Shown here: positions 9,404 to 20,543 of the stretch, piece after piece
How the letters are laid out: each line of letters starts with the position of its first letter
Numbering within the stretch: the stretch's first letter is position 1
From: an uncultured Pseudomonadota bacterium
GTDB taxonomy: Bacteria > Myxococcota_A > Polyangia > Fen-1088
DNA length: 64,000 nucleotides
Direction of reading: 5' to 3'
NCBI GenBank assembly: GCA_963847705.1
Contig: CAWKBC010000010.1
Location: 64,001 to 128,000 of the forward strand
Made by a program: the position numbers and the translations under genes
Notes under the pieces: generated by a model
Database searches by the model: none
What the model saw: only the letters and a program-made list of their open reading frames with translations
What the model was told of the DNA's origin: nothing

Positions 9404-10534
9404 ATGAATCAATTTCGACTGTTCGCTCGCTCGATGGTAGCTCGTGCCCTCGCGGTTTCCGTTTTTCTGGGTGTCCTCGGCATCGCTGGAGAGGGATCCG
9501 CCAAGGCGGCTCCCACGCCGCTGACCGTCGGCTTCATCTTCGTCGGTCCCAAGACCGATTTTGGCTATAACCAGTCTCACGCAGAGGGCGCGGCGGTGAT
9601 CGCCAAGCTGCCCGGCATCAAGATTCGCGAAGAGGAAATGGTCCCGGAGACCTCCGCCGTCCAGAAGACGATGGAGAGCATGATCAACCTCGACGGCGCG
9701 ACGGTGCTGTTTCCGACCTCGTTCGGTTACTTCGATCCGCACATCTTGAAGGAGGCGGTCAAGTACCCGAAGGTCACCTTCCTGCACTGCGGCGGCATGT
9801 ACCAGGAGGGCAAGACCCCCACCAACGTGGGGAGCTACTTCGGGTACATCGACGAGGCCCAGTACGTGGCGGGAATCGTGGCCGGGTTGACGACCAAGTC
9901 GAACAAGCTCGGGTTCATCGCCGCCAAGCCGATCCCGCAGGTGCTTCGCAACATCAACTCCTACACGCTCGGCGCCAAGTCGGTGAACCCCAAGATCACC
10001 ACCAGCGTCATCTTCACCGGCGACTGGTCGATGCCGGTCAAGGAAGCGGAGGCAGCCAACAGCTTGATCGACCAGGGCGTGGACGTTCTGACCATGCACG
10101 TCGACTCGCCCAAGGTCATCGTCGAGACCGCCGAGCGCCGCGGCGTCTTCGTCACCGGCTACCACGTCAACCAGTCGGCCCTGGCGCCGAAGGGGTATCT
10201 GACCGGCGCCGAGTGGAACTGGGGCAAGGTCTACACGGATTACGTCGACTGGATTCAGAACGGCAAGCCCTGGCCGCACCTCCTGCGCGGCGGGCTCAAG
10301 GAGGGATTCGTCAAGGTCTCGCCGTACGGCAAGGCGGTCTCGGCCGCCGCCAAGAAGAAGGCCGACGCCGCCAAGGCCAAGTTCATGGCCGGCACGATGG
10401 TCATCTACAAGGGGCCGCTCAAGGACAACACCGGCAAGGTCGTGATTCCGGCCGGGACCGAGGAAAAGCAGACCGACATCGCGCTCGAGAAGATGGACTA
10501 CCTGGTCGACGGCGTGATCGGGAAGACGCACTGA
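9404..10534 (+). CDS. BMP-family ABC transporter substrate-binding protein
   Basis: VGFIFVGPKTDFGYNQSHAEG, FPTSFGYFDP and KLGFIAAKPIPQVLRNINSY. Has a signal peptide. Start is 9404 or 9434, and the upstream part of ORF 7187 is antisense shadow of atzF. Confidence 0.88.
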   Translation: MNQFRLFARSMVARALAVSVFLGVLGIAGEGSAKAAPTPLTVGFIFVGPKTDFGYNQSHAEGAAVIAKLPGIKIREEEMVPETSAVQKTMESMINLDGATVLFPTSFGYFDPHILKEAVKYPKVTFLHCGGMYQEGKTPTNVGSYFGYIDEAQYVAGIVAGLTTKSNKLGFIAAKPIPQVLRNINSYTLGAKSVNPKITTSVIFTGDWSMPVKEAEAANSLIDQGVDVLTMHVDSPKVIVETAERRGVFVTGYHVNQSALAPKGYLTGAEWNWGKVYTDYVDWIQNGKPWPHLLRGGLKEGFVKVSPYGKAVSAAAKKKADAAKAKFMAGTMVIYKGPLKDNTGKVVIPAGTEEKQTDIALEKMDYLVDGVIGKTH

Positions 10535-10565
10535 GCCACGCAGGGACGGACGCGGGGCGCCAAAA

Positions 10566-11711
10566 GTGGGAATCGGCGTGAGCATCGGCGCGATTTCACC
10601 TGCCACTGAGCGGTCGCCGCAAGCGGCCGCCGTGGCGGCTGCGGCGGCCGAGGCGCGCCGCGACGCCTGGCGGAGGTCGATCGAATCGGTCGCCATTCCG
10701 CTGGGCGCCATCGTGGCGGCGCTGATCCTGTTCGGCGTCTTCATGGCGCTGACCGGACGCAACCCGCTGGCGGTCTACCACGAGATGTTCCGCGGCTCGT
10801 TCGGGACCGCCTTCTCGTTCCAGAACACGCTGCAGCGGGCGGCGCCGATCATGCTGACCGCGCTGGCCACGGCGATCCCGCTGCGGCTCGGGCTGGTGGT
10901 GCTGGGTGGCGAAGGGGCCATGGTGCTGGGCGGGCTGGCGGCGGCGGCGATCGGGATCCACCTGCACACGCCGTTCACGATCAAGCTCGGGATGTTCGTG
11001 ACCGGCTCGCTGGTCGGCGGCCTCTGGGTGGCCGGCGCCGGGGCGCTCCGCGCCTACCGGGGTGTCAACGAGACGATCAGCTCGCTGCTGCTCAACTACA
11101 TCGCCATCGCGCTCCTCAACCACATCGTCGAGGGGCCGCTGCGCGATCCGGCCAGCCTCAACAAGCCTTCGACGCTGCCTATCGGGGACGACAACATGCT
11201 CGGCAACCTGCCCGGGCTGGACGTGCACTGGGGCCTGGGCTTCGCGCTCATCGCCTGCCTCATCGCCTGGTTCCTCATGCAGCGGACCACCTTCGGTTTC
11301 GCGGCGCGCATGGTGGGCGGCAACGTCCGCGCGGCGCTACTCAACGGGCTGCCGGTGCGGCGCCTGATCGTGATCGCGACCTTCCTGGGCGGCCTCGGGG
11401 CCGGCCTGGCGGGCGCGGTCGAGGTCGCGGCGATCCACGGCAACGCCAACGCGTCGCTCGTCACCGGCTACGGCTACACCGGGGTGCTGGTGGCCTTCAT
11501 CGCGCGCGCCAATCCGTTCGGCGTCATCCCGGTCGCGCTGCTCCTGGGCGGTATCGGCGCCAGCGGCGGGCTCCTGCAGCGGGTCTTCGATCTTCCGGAC
11601 GCGACGGTCAACGTGCTGCAGGGGACGATCTTCATCGCGATCTTGTTCTCGGATTCGCTCTACGGCCGGCGCTGGGGCCGCGCCAAGCCGGCCAAGGCGG
11701 TGGCGGCGTGA
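10566..11711 (+). CDS. ABC transporter permease (nucleoside/BMP type)
   Basis: Multiple TM helices, GVNETISSLLLNY and GYGYTGVLVAFIAR. Start may be GTG 10578. Confidence 0.88.
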   Translation: MGIGVSIGAISPATERSPQAAAVAAAAAEARRDAWRRSIESVAIPLGAIVAALILFGVFMALTGRNPLAVYHEMFRGSFGTAFSFQNTLQRAAPIMLTALATAIPLRLGLVVLGGEGAMVLGGLAAAAIGIHLHTPFTIKLGMFVTGSLVGGLWVAGAGALRAYRGVNETISSLLLNYIAIALLNHIVEGPLRDPASLNKPSTLPIGDDNMLGNLPGLDVHWGLGFALIACLIAWFLMQRTTFGFAARMVGGNVRAALLNGLPVRRLIVIATFLGGLGAGLAGAVEVAAIHGNANASLVTGYGYTGVLVAFIARANPFGVIPVALLLGGIGASGGLLQRVFDLPDATVNVLQGTIFIAILFSDSLYGRRWGRAKPAKAVAA

Positions 11712-12622
11712 GCGCGGCCGGTGGCGTCGCGCTGGGAATGATCGGCGGAGCGGTCCGGATCAGCACGCCGTTCCTGTTCGTCAGCCTGGGCGAGTGCCTC
11801 ACCGAGAAGAGCGGCCGCGTGAACCTCGGGCTCGAAGGGACGCTGGTCATGGGGGCGATGGCCGCCTACGGCGTCTCCTACCTGACGAATTCGCCCTGGC
11901 TCGGCGTGCTGGCTGCCGGCTGCTGCGGCGTCGTGCTGGGGGCGCTGCACGCCTGGCTCTGCGCGCGGCCGCGCGTGAACGACGTTGCGGTCGGGATCGC
12001 GCTCATGCTCTTCGGTGTCGGGCTGGCGTTCTTCCTGGGCAAGCCGCTGGTCGGGCCGAGCGCGCCGCATCTGCCGGCGGTGTCGCTCGGCTGGTGGAGC
12101 GCCTCGTCGCAGGTGCGTTCGGCGCTGCAGGTGAACGCGCTGTTCGTCCTCGGCCTGGTCACGACGTTCGCCGTTCGCTTCGTCCTGCGGCGAACGCGCT
12201 GGGGGCTCATCGTCCGCACGGTGGGCGAGAGCGCGGACACCGCGCGCGCCATGGGCTACGACGTGGCCCGGGTGCGCCAGCTGGCCACCATGGCGGGCGG
12301 CTTCCTGGCCGGCATCGGCGGCTCGTTCCTCTCGCTGTTTTATCCCGGGAGCTGGAACGAGGGGCTCTCCAGCGGACAGGGGCTGATGGCGGTGGCGCTG
12401 GTGATCTTCGCGCGCTGGGATCCCGTCCGCTGTTTGCTGGCGTCGCTGCTCTTCGGCGGCGCCAGCGCGCTCGGCCCGGCCCTGCAGTCGGTGGGGGTGA
12501 CGTCGGGGTACTACCTCTTCAACGCGGCGCCCTACGCGCTCACGCTGGCGATCATCGTGGCGACCAGCTCGCGCGATCGGGCGCTCAACGGTCAACCCGC
12601 CGAGCTGCGGGTGGCCAGGTAG
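11708..12622 (+). CDS. ABC transporter permease (nucleoside/BMP type)
   Basis: SLGECLTEKSGRVNLGLEG and GQGLMAVALVIFARW. GTGA overlap with the previous gene. Confidence 0.88.
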   Translation: MSAAGGVALGMIGGAVRISTPFLFVSLGECLTEKSGRVNLGLEGTLVMGAMAAYGVSYLTNSPWLGVLAAGCCGVVLGALHAWLCARPRVNDVAVGIALMLFGVGLAFFLGKPLVGPSAPHLPAVSLGWWSASSQVRSALQVNALFVLGLVTTFAVRFVLRRTRWGLIVRTVGESADTARAMGYDVARVRQLATMAGGFLAGIGGSFLSLFYPGSWNEGLSSGQGLMAVALVIFARWDPVRCLLASLLFGGASALGPALQSVGVTSGYYLFNAAPYALTLAIIVATSSRDRALNGQPAELRVAR

Positions 12623-12658
12623 GCAGAAGGCAAGAGGGCAAGAAGGCAAGAAGGTAGA
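12622..12658 (+). repeat. short purine-rich tandem repeat (GGCAAGAA-like, about 4.5 copies)
   Basis: ggcagaa ggcaagag ggcaagaa ggcaagaa ggtaga in the intergenic spacer before biuH. Confidence 0.7.
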
Positions 12659-12667
12659 GACAAAACG

Positions 12668-13387
12668 ATGAGCGAGACGAACGCGACCTCCAAGACGGCC
12701 CGCTACGTGCCCGGCGATCCCTACCCCTTCCCCTGGAACGGCGATCTGCGGCCGGAGAACACGGCGCTGGTCGTGATCGACATGCAGACCGATTTTTGCG
12801 GCAAAGGCGGCTACATCGATCTGATGGGGTACGACATCTCTGTCTCGCGCGCCTGCATCACACCGATCCGGGCGGTCCTCGCCAAGATGCGCGCCGGCGG
12901 CTATCACATCATGCACACGCGGGAAGGCCACCGCCCCGACCTGGCCGATCTGCCGGCCAACAAGCGCTGGCGCTCGCGCCGGACCAAGGGGAACGAGGGG
13001 GTCGGCATCGGCGACGCCGGCCCCTGCGGCCGCATCCTGGTGCGCGGCGAGCCCGGCTGGGAGATCATCCCGGAGCTGACGCCGCTGCCCGGCGAGACGA
13101 TCATCGACAAGCCGGGCAAGGGGACCTTCTGCGCGACCGACTTCGATCTGATCCTGCGCCAGCGCGGGATCGCCAACCTGATCCTGACCGGGATCACCAC
13201 CGACGTCTGCGTGCACACCACGATGCGCGAGGGGAACGATCGCGGCTACGAGTGCCTGATCCTCGAGGACTGCTGCGCGGCCACCGACGCCGGCAACCAC
13301 GCGGCGGCGATCAAGATGGTGAAGATGCAGAACGGCGTGTTTGGCACGGTCTCGACCTCGCGGGCCCTGCTGGAGGCGCTGTCATGA
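12668..13387 (+). CDS. biuH: biuret amidohydrolase (isochorismatase-like cysteine hydrolase)
   Basis: [47 protein letters not shown] and GITTDVCV. Carries the BiuH-type specificity residues Y/M/Y/D/T/V. Confidence 0.88.
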   Translation: MSETNATSKTARYVPGDPYPFPWNGDLRPENTALVVIDMQTDFCGKGGYIDLMGYDISVSRACITPIRAVLAKMRAGGYHIMHTREGHRPDLADLPANKRWRSRRTKGNEGVGIGDAGPCGRILVRGEPGWEIIPELTPLPGETIIDKPGKGTFCATDFDLILRQRGIANLILTGITTDVCVHTTMREGNDRGYECLILEDCCAATDAGNHAAAIKMVKMQNGVFGTVSTSRALLEALS

Positions 13388-14937
13388 GCCTGGAGATCGA
13401 CGACGGCGCGCGGGCGGTCGTCGACGCAGCCACGCCGGCGCTGGAGGCGCTGGGGATCTCCAAGCAGTTCGGGTCGGTGCGCGCGCTGGAGAACGTGTCG
13501 CTGAAGCTGGCGCGCGGATCGGTGCACGCGCTCCTCGGCGAAAACGGCGCCGGCAAGAGCACGCTCGTCAAGTGCATCATGGGCTACTACTCGGCCGACG
13601 TCGGGCAGGTGCTGGTGAACGGCGTCGCCGCGCACATCAAGAGCCCACGCGACGCGGCCGCGCTCGGGATCGGCATGGTCTACCAGCACTTCACGCTGGT
13701 CGACAACATGACGGTGGCCGAGAACCTGGTCCTGGCGCGCCGCGAGCACCCGTTCATCTTCGACTGGGCCGCCGAGACGAAGGCGGTCGAGACGTTCATG
13801 GCGCGGATGCCGTTCAAGCTCGATCCGCATCGCCCCGTGCGCATGCTGGCTGCTGGCGAAAAGCAGAAGCTGGAGATCTTGAAGCAGCTCTATCTCGGCA
13901 GCTCGATCGTCATCCTCGACGAGCCGACCTCGGTCCTGACGCCGGACGAGGCCGACGACGTGCTCGGCCTCCTGCGCGGGATGGCGCAAGAAGGCCGCCT
14001 GACCATTTTGATGATCTCGCACAAGTTCCGCGAGGTGATGGCCTTCGCCGACGAGGTCACCGTGCTGCGCCGGGGAAAGCCGGCGGGCAGCGGTCGCGTC
14101 GCCGATCTGACGCCCGATCTGATGGCACGCATGATGGTCGGCGATGAGCCCCCGCGCGCCAGCGGGACCCGGCAGGCCGGCGCCGGCGAGGCGGTGGTGC
14201 TGGAGATCGAAGGGCTGTCGGCCGAGGACGATCTGGGCACCCCCGCGGTGCACAAGTTTTCGCTGCAGGTGCGCGCCGGCGAGATCGTCGGCATCGCCGG
14301 CGTGTCGGGCAACGGGCAAGAAGAGCTGGTGGAGGTGCTGGCCGGGCAGCGCAGCTCCAGCGCCGGAAAGATCGCGGTCAACGGGACCCCCTACCACGCC
14401 AAGCGGTTCGAGATGCGCGGCCTCAAGGTCCGCTGCCTCCCCGACGAGCCGCTGCGCAACGCCTGCGTGGGCGGCATGTCGGTGGCGGAGAACATCGGGT
14501 TCCGCCTCTTCGACCGGCATCCGTTCACCTTCCTGAAGGCGCTGGTGAGCGGGCGCGCGCTGCGCAAGAACGCCTCCTCGCTGATCGTCGAGTACGGGAT
14601 CCGCACGCCCGGCCCCGACGCGCCGATCGGCAGCCTCTCGGGCGGCAACGTGCAGCGCGCGGTGCTGGCCCGCGAGCTCTCGGACGACGTGTCGGTCCTG
14701 ATCGCCTCCAATCCCTGCTTCGGGCTCGACTTCGCGGCGGTGGCGGAGATCCGCACGCGGCTGATGGAGGCGCGCAACCGCGGTGCGGCCGTGCTGCTCA
14801 TCAGCGCTGATCTCGACGAGATCTTCGCGCTGGCCGATCGAATCGTGGTCATCAGCGACGGGCACGCCGTGCACGAGACGCCGATCGCCAAAGCCGACCT
14901 GGGCGTGATCGGCCGCCACATGGCAGGCCACGCTTGA
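13384..14937 (+). CDS. ABC transporter ATP-binding protein (CUT2, two NBDs)
   Basis: [18 protein letters not shown] and [12 protein letters not shown] overlap with biuH. Confidence 0.9.
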   Translation: MSLEIDDGARAVVDAATPALEALGISKQFGSVRALENVSLKLARGSVHALLGENGAGKSTLVKCIMGYYSADVGQVLVNGVAAHIKSPRDAAALGIGMVYQHFTLVDNMTVAENLVLARREHPFIFDWAAETKAVETFMARMPFKLDPHRPVRMLAAGEKQKLEILKQLYLGSSIVILDEPTSVLTPDEADDVLGLLRGMAQEGRLTILMISHKFREVMAFADEVTVLRRGKPAGSGRVADLTPDLMARMMVGDEPPRASGTRQAGAGEAVVLEIEGLSAEDDLGTPAVHKFSLQVRAGEIVGIAGVSGNGQEELVEVLAGQRSSSAGKIAVNGTPYHAKRFEMRGLKVRCLPDEPLRNACVGGMSVAENIGFRLFDRHPFTFLKALVSGRALRKNASSLIVEYGIRTPGPDAPIGSLSGGNVQRAVLARELSDDVSVLIASNPCFGLDFAAVAEIRTRLMEARNRGAAVLLISADLDEIFALADRIVVISDGHAVHETPIAKADLGVIGRHMAGHA

Positions 14938-14979
14938 CGGCTGGCCGACTCAATCACCGCGTTGTACCGTGTCGCCCGG

Positions 14980-15345
14980 ATGAAACGTGACGACCTCCGT
15001 CTGGACGAGATCTGGGCTCGCGCCCAGGAAGCCGATTTTCCCTGGGAACGATTTCGCGAGGGGGTGGAGATCCACCGGCTGTGGGGCGACATGGACAGCT
15101 CCGGCGAAGCGGCGGCGCTGCTCCGCTATGCGGCAGGCGGCTTCGTCCCCGCGCACCGCCACGAGGCGGTCGAGGAGATCTTCGTCCTCAGCGGCTGGCA
15201 GCGCGATCTGCGCGGCGTCTATCCCACCGGCTCGCACGTGGTCAACCCGCCCGGGTCCAGCCACACCGTCGAGAGCCCGGAGGGGTGCGTGGTGCTGGTC
15301 ATCTGGCAAGAGCCCAACACCTGGGTCGATCCGGCGGGCGCTTAA
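14980..15345 (+). CDS. ChrR-like cupin-domain protein
   Basis: ALLRYAAGGFVPAHRHEAVEEIFVLSG...GSHVVNPPGSSHTV...GCVVLVIW, giving an HxH/E/H metal ligand set. Confidence 0.75.
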   Translation: MKRDDLRLDEIWARAQEADFPWERFREGVEIHRLWGDMDSSGEAAALLRYAAGGFVPAHRHEAVEEIFVLSGWQRDLRGVYPTGSHVVNPPGSSHTVESPEGCVVLVIWQEPNTWVDPAGA

Positions 15346-15349
15346 GCCC

Positions 15350-16192
15350 GTGGCGCCTGGGCCGGTGGGATGGCGCGCGGCGCTGGAGCTCGGGTTCGCG
15401 GCCGAGGGCGGCGCCACCCGCCTCGCCCGACGGGCGCACCGCGGGCCCTTCGTCGTTCAGCGCCCGTTTTTCCCGGAGGGGCGCGACGTCTGCCATGTCT
15501 ACCTGCTGCACCCCCCGGGCGGTCTGGTCGGCGGCGACGAGCTGCGGCTCGACCTGCGGGTCGGTCCCGCGGCCCACACGCTGGTGACGACGCCGGCGGC
15601 GGGCAAGGCCTACCGCACCCTGGGGCCGGTGGCGCGCCAGTCGCACGCGCTCACCGTCGAGGCCGGAGGGACGCTGGAGTGGCTGCCGCAGGAGACGATC
15701 GTCTACGACGGCGCCTCGGTGGAGATCGAGACGCGCGTCGAGCTGGCGTCGGGCGCGCGCTTCTTCGGCGCCGAGACGCTCTGCTTCGGGCTTCCGGCCC
15801 GCGGCGAGCCGTTCGCCCGCGGCTCGTGCCGGCAGATCTTCGATCTGCGGCGCGCCGGGGCGCCCCTCCTGATCGAGCGTGGCCGGTTCGAAGGAGGCGC
15901 CCCCGTGCAGGGCGCCCTGTGGGGCCTGGGAGGGGCCACGGTGTTGACCTTGATCGTCGCCGCACCGGCGCCGGAAGCGGCCGTCGTCGACGGGCTGCGT
16001 GCGCTGGCGGCGAGGACGCCCCTCGGCGATCGCGCGGCGGTCACCGTGCTCGGCGAGGGCGCGGCGCTGGTGGTGCGGCACCTGGGCGGCGGCGGCGAGC
16101 GCGCGCGCGCCTTCGCGCAGACGATCTGGCAGAGTGTCCGCCCGACGTTGCTCGGTCGTGCTGGCACGGCGCCGCGCATCTGGGCCACCTAG
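15350..16192 (+). CDS. ureD: urease accessory protein UreD
   Basis: [42 protein letters not shown] and C-terminal PRIWAT. GTG start at 15350 is inferred. Confidence 0.9.
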   Translation: MAPGPVGWRAALELGFAAEGGATRLARRAHRGPFVVQRPFFPEGRDVCHVYLLHPPGGLVGGDELRLDLRVGPAAHTLVTTPAAGKAYRTLGPVARQSHALTVEAGGTLEWLPQETIVYDGASVEIETRVELASGARFFGAETLCFGLPARGEPFARGSCRQIFDLRRAGAPLLIERGRFEGGAPVQGALWGLGGATVLTLIVAAPAPEAAVVDGLRALAARTPLGDRAAVTVLGEGAALVVRHLGGGGERARAFAQTIWQSVRPTLLGRAGTAPRIWAT

Positions 16193-16199
16193 GAGGACC

Positions 16200-16817
16200 A
16201 TGGAGCTCTCCCCCCGCGAGAAGGACAAGCTGCTGCTGTTCACCGCCGCCCTGGTGGCCGAGCGACGCAAGGCGCGCGGCCTCAAGCTGAACTATCCCGA
16301 GGCAGTGGCGTACATCTCGGCCGCCATTCTGGAAGGCGCCCGGGACGGACGAACGGTCGCCGAGCTGATGGCGGAGGGGACCCGCATCCTGGGCGCCGAC
16401 GACGTCATGGAGGGGGTGGCCGAGCTCATCACCGAGGTGCAGGTCGAGGCGACCTTCCCCGACGGAACCAAGCTGGTCACCGTCCACCAGCCGATCCCGG
16501 TGGGCAAGGAGATGGGGATCGGCGGGGTCACCACCTTGCCGGGGACGATCGCGCTGAACGCCGGGCGTGCGACGACGAGGCTGGAGGTCGCCAACAGCGG
16601 CGATCGGCCGATCCAGGTCGGCTCGCACTATCATTTCTTCGAGGTGAACCCGGCGCTGAAGTTCGATCGCCAGAGCGCGCGCGGGTTTCGGCTCGACGTC
16701 CCGGCGGGGACCGCCGTGCGCTTCGAGCCGGGCCAGACGCGCACCGTCGATCTGGTCGCCTACGACGGCGAACGAATCGTGCAAGGGTTCCGCGGCGAGG
16801 TCATGGGCAAACTATGA
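16200..16817 (+). CDS. ureAB: urease gamma/beta subunit fusion
   Basis: [12 protein letters not shown]...[17 protein letters not shown] runs in frame into [19 protein letters not shown]...AVRFEPG. AGGAGG RBS. Confidence 0.93.
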   Translation: MELSPREKDKLLLFTAALVAERRKARGLKLNYPEAVAYISAAILEGARDGRTVAELMAEGTRILGADDVMEGVAELITEVQVEATFPDGTKLVTVHQPIPVGKEMGIGGVTTLPGTIALNAGRATTRLEVANSGDRPIQVGSHYHFFEVNPALKFDRQSARGFRLDVPAGTAVRFEPGQTRTVDLVAYDGERIVQGFRGEVMGKL

Positions 16818-18526
16818 AGTCTATCGATCGCCGCGCCTACGCCGAGATGTACGGGCCGACCACGGGCGACCGCGTCCGTCTGGGCGACACCGGCCTCCTG
16901 ATCGAGATCGAGAGCGATCACACGGTCTACGGCGAGGAGGTGAAGTTCGGCGGCGGGAAGGTGATCCGCGACGGCATGGGGCAGAGCCAGCGCGTCGGCC
17001 CCGAGGTCGCCGACCTGGTGATCACCAACGCCGTGGTGCTCGACACGGGCGGGATCATCAAGGCCGATGTCGGCATCAAGGAGGGGCGCATCAGCGCCAT
17101 CGGCAAGGCCGGCAACCCCGACGTGCAGCCGGGCGTCACCATCGTGATCGGGCCGGGGACGGAGATCATCGCCGGCGAAGGCTGCATCCTCACCCCCGGC
17201 GCCATCGACACGCACATCCACTTCATCTCCCCCCAGCAGGTGGAGTACGCGCTGATGTCGGGCGTGACCACGATGATCGGCGGCGGCACCGGCCCGGCGG
17301 CCGGGACGGCGGCCACCACCTGCACGCCCGGGCCCTGGAACATCGCGCGCATGTTGCAGGCGGCCGACGCGCTGCCGATGAACATCGGCCTCCTCGGCAA
17401 GGGAAACGCCAGCCGGCCGGAATCGCTGGTCGAGCAGGTGGTCGCCGGCTGCGTCGGGCTCAAGCTGCACGAGGACTGGGGGACCACGCCGGCGGCGATC
17501 GACTGCTGCCTGAGCGTCGCGGAGCTCCACGACGTTCAGGTCGCCATCCACACCGACACGCTCAACGAGTCGGGCTTCGTCGAGGACACGCTGGCGGCGT
17601 TCAAGGGGCGCGCCATCCACAGCTTTCACACCGAGGGCGCCGGCGGCGGGCACGCACCCGACATCATCAAGGTCTGCGGCGTGCCGCACGTGCTGCCGTC
17701 GTCGACCAACCCGACGCGCCCCTACACCGTCAACACCGTCGACGAGCACCTCGACATGCTGATGGTCTGCCACCACCTCGACGCCGGGATCTCCGAGGAT
17801 GTGGCCTTCGCCGAGTCGCGCATCCGGCGCGAAACCATCGCCGCCGAGGACATCCTGCACGACCTCGGCGCCATCAGCATGATGTCGAGCGACTCGCAGG
17901 CAATGGGCCGCGTCGGCGAGGTGGTGACCCGCACCTGGCAGACCGCCCACAAGATGAAGGCGCAGCGGGGCGCGCTCGGCACGGATGCAACGGCGGGCGG
18001 GCTGCATGACAACTTTCGCGTCCGGCGCTATCTGGCCAAGTACACGATCAACCCGGCCATCACCCACGGCATCGCGCACGAGGTCGGCTCGATCACCGTC
18101 GGCAAGCTGGCCGATCTGGTCCTCTGGCGGCCGGCCTTCTTCGGCGCCAAGCCGGCCGTCATCATCAAGGGGGGGATGATCATCGCGGCGCCGATGGGCG
18201 ATCCCAACGCCTCGATCCCGACGCCGCAGCCGGTCCACTACCGCCCGATGTTCGGCGCGCTCGGCGGCGCGCGCCACGCCACCTGCCTGACGTTCCTGTC
18301 GCAGGCGGCCCTGGAGGCGGACGTGCCGGCGCGGCTCGGTCTGCAAAAGCGCGCCGTCGCCGTGAAGGGGACGCGGGCCGTGCGAAAGAAGGATCTGATC
18401 CTCAACGACGCGCTGCCGGTCATCGAGGTCGATCCGCAGACCTACGAGGTCCGCGCCGACGGCCAACTTCTCACCTGCGAGCCGGCGGAGACGCTGCCGC
18501 TCGCCCAGCGTTACTTCCTGTTTTGA
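16814..18526 (+). CDS. ureC: urease alpha subunit
   Basis: [44 protein letters not shown] and SDSQAMGR. Confidence 0.97.
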   Translation: MKSIDRRAYAEMYGPTTGDRVRLGDTGLLIEIESDHTVYGEEVKFGGGKVIRDGMGQSQRVGPEVADLVITNAVVLDTGGIIKADVGIKEGRISAIGKAGNPDVQPGVTIVIGPGTEIIAGEGCILTPGAIDTHIHFISPQQVEYALMSGVTTMIGGGTGPAAGTAATTCTPGPWNIARMLQAADALPMNIGLLGKGNASRPESLVEQVVAGCVGLKLHEDWGTTPAAIDCCLSVAELHDVQVAIHTDTLNESGFVEDTLAAFKGRAIHSFHTEGAGGGHAPDIIKVCGVPHVLPSSTNPTRPYTVNTVDEHLDMLMVCHHLDAGISEDVAFAESRIRRETIAAEDILHDLGAISMMSSDSQAMGRVGEVVTRTWQTAHKMKAQRGALGTDATAGGLHDNFRVRRYLAKYTINPAITHGIAHEVGSITVGKLADLVLWRPAFFGAKPAVIIKGGMIIAAPMGDPNASIPTPQPVHYRPMFGALGGARHATCLTFLSQAALEADVPARLGLQKRAVAVKGTRAVRKKDLILNDALPVIEVDPQTYEVRADGQLLTCEPAETLPLAQRYFLF

Positions 18527-18536
18527 GAGGCCAGTC

Positions 18537-19007
18537 GTGAAGATGCCGAGCCTCACCGAAGTCGTTCAGGAGGGCGTGGCCGCCGGTACCCTCACCCTCG
18601 CCTTCGGCGATCGCCGGCGCAGCCGCCTGCGCGCGCGGCTCGACGACGGCCGCGAGGTCGCGCTGCTGCTCCCGCGCGGCTCGCGGCTCCTCGACGGCGA
18701 TCGCCTGCGCGACGAGTCGGGAGAGCTGGTGGTCGCGGTGCGCGCCGCCGAGGAGACGCTCTCCTGGGTCGGCGCCGAGGACCGGCTGCTGCTGGCGCGC
18801 GCGGCCTACCACCTGGGAAACCGCCACGTGCCGGTGCAGATCGGCCCGGGCTGGCTGGCTTACGAGCACGATCACGTGCTCGACGGAATGCTCGAAGAGA
18901 TGGGCCTGACGGTGACGACCCGCCGGGCGCCGTTCGAACCCGAAGCGGGCGGCTATCGCCACGGCGGCGAAGCGCCCTCCCATGGAGGCCATCACCATGA
19001 GCACTGA
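18537..19007 (+). CDS. ureE: urease accessory protein UreE
   Basis: RSRLRARL, AYHLGNRHVP, PFEPEAGGY and a His-rich tail HGGHHHEH. Confidence 0.92.
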   Translation: MKMPSLTEVVQEGVAAGTLTLAFGDRRRSRLRARLDDGREVALLLPRGSRLLDGDRLRDESGELVVAVRAAEETLSWVGAEDRLLLARAAYHLGNRHVPVQIGPGWLAYEHDHVLDGMLEEMGLTVTTRRAPFEPEAGGYRHGGEAPSHGGHHHEH

Positions 19008-19695
19008 CGGTGCCACGTTCGGCAGCGGTGACCTGGCCTTGATGCGGCTGCTTCAGATCGTCAGCCCGGCGCTGCCGATCGGCGCCTTCGCCTACTCGCA
19101 GGGGCTGGAGCAGACCGTCGCCGAGGGGTGGGTCACCGACGAGGCCGAGGCGGCGGCCTGGCTGCTGGGCCTGCTCGAATCGAGCTTCTCCACCCTCGAT
19201 CTGCCGGTGCTGGCGCGGCTCATCACCGCCTGGCGCGAAGGCGACGTCGCCGCTGTCGAGCGCTGGAGCGCCTGGCTGGCCGCCTGCCGGCCGACGCGCG
19301 AGATCCGCGCCGAGGACCGGCAGCTCGGCGCCGCGCTGGCGCGGGTGCTGGGGGCGCTGGGGATCGACGACGCCGCGGCCTGGAGCACCCGCATGCACGT
19401 CACCCACGCCGCCATGTTCGCGCTGGCAGCCGTGCGGTTCGAGGTGCCGATCGAAGCTGCGCTGGCCGGGCATGCCTTCGCCTGGGCAGAGGCGATCACC
19501 AGCGCGGCGGTGCGGCTGGTTCCGCTCGGTCAGAGCGCCGGGCAGCGCCTCTTGGCGGCCGCCGGCGCGGCGATCCCGGCGGTGGTCAACCGCGCGCTGG
19601 CGCTGCCCGACGACGAGATCGGCTCGGCGGCGCCGGGACAGGCGATCGCCAGCGCCCGACACGAGACGCTCTACTCGAGGCTGTTCCGCTCATGA
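18997..19695 (+). CDS. ureF: urease accessory protein UreF
   Basis: [29 protein letters not shown] and C-terminal [11 protein letters not shown]. Confidence 0.93.
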   Translation: MSTDGATFGSGDLALMRLLQIVSPALPIGAFAYSQGLEQTVAEGWVTDEAEAAAWLLGLLESSFSTLDLPVLARLITAWREGDVAAVERWSAWLAACRPTREIRAEDRQLGAALARVLGALGIDDAAAWSTRMHVTHAAMFALAAVRFEVPIEAALAGHAFAWAEAITSAAVRLVPLGQSAGQRLLAAAGAAIPAVVNRALALPDDEIGSAAPGQAIASARHETLYSRLFRS

Positions 19696-19738
19696 GCAAG
19701 CGACGGGAGCTCCGGATGACCCGTCGGGGAGATTCCGC

Positions 19739-20353
19739 ATGACCAGACTGCAACCGTTGCGGGTCGGCGTGGCCGGCCCGGTGGGCTCAGGGAAGACCGC
19801 GCTGGTCGACGCGCTCTGCAAGCTCTTGCGCGACCGGTTCGAGATCGCGGTCGTCACCAACGACATCTACACCAAGGAGGACGCCCAGTTCCTGGTCCGC
19901 AGCGGCGCGCTGGCCGAAGAGCGAATCGTCGGCGTGGAGACCGGCGGTTGCCCCCACACCGCCATCCGCGAGGACGCCTCGATCAACCTCGACGCGGTCG
20001 AGGCGATGGCCGCGCGCTTCCCGATGCTCGACCTGGTGATCATCGAGAGCGGCGGCGACAACCTGGCCGCCACCTTCAGCCCCGAGCTGGCCGACCTCAC
20101 CCTCTACGTGATCGACGTGGCCGGCGGCGACAAGATCCCGCGCAAGGGGGGCCCCGGGATCACGCGGTCCGATCTGCTGGTGATCAACAAGACCGATCTC
20201 GCGCCCCACGTCGGCGCGTCGCTGGAGGTGATGGACCGCGACGCGCGCAAGATGCGCGGCGACCGACCGTTTCTCTTCACCTCGATCCGCGGTGGCCAGG
20301 GCGTGGAGGCCGTGGCCGACTTCGTGATCCAGCAGGGCATGCTGGCGGATTGA
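19739..20353 (+). CDS. ureG: urease accessory GTPase UreG
   Basis: [29 protein letters not shown] and NKTD. Confidence 0.95.
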   Translation: MTRLQPLRVGVAGPVGSGKTALVDALCKLLRDRFEIAVVTNDIYTKEDAQFLVRSGALAEERIVGVETGGCPHTAIREDASINLDAVEAMAARFPMLDLVIIESGGDNLAATFSPELADLTLYVIDVAGGDKIPRKGGPGITRSDLLVINKTDLAPHVGASLEVMDRDARKMRGDRPFLFTSIRGGQGVEAVADFVIQQGMLAD

Positions 20354-20514
20354 CGGGCGACTGAGTCTTTGGCGGCGTCGCGAACGCGGCTGCTCGCATC
20401 ATGCATTTTCTCGCTGGCCGGGGAGGCCGCACGTTGCAACCGGATGCGAGCGGAGCCGCGGCCCCGATCGCCTGGAGCGGCCGGCTCCTTGGGCCGCACC
20501 GCCCGACGCTCGCC

Positions 20515-20530
20515 TGGTCCACCCCTTGCA
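20515..20530 (+). promoter_or_regulatory. putative sigma-54 (-24/-12) promoter of the P-II gene
   Basis: TGGTCCACCCCTTGCA has exact GG-N10-GC spacing with TTGCA at -12, and sits just upstream of a nitrogen-regulatory gene. Confidence 0.45.
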
Positions 20531-20543
20531 CTCACGAAGTCCC

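Noticed and set aside
14987-15349. N-terminally extended UreD overlapping the cupin
   Set aside because: The extension is low-complexity shadow sequence. UreD homology starts at about 15350, right after the cupin stop.
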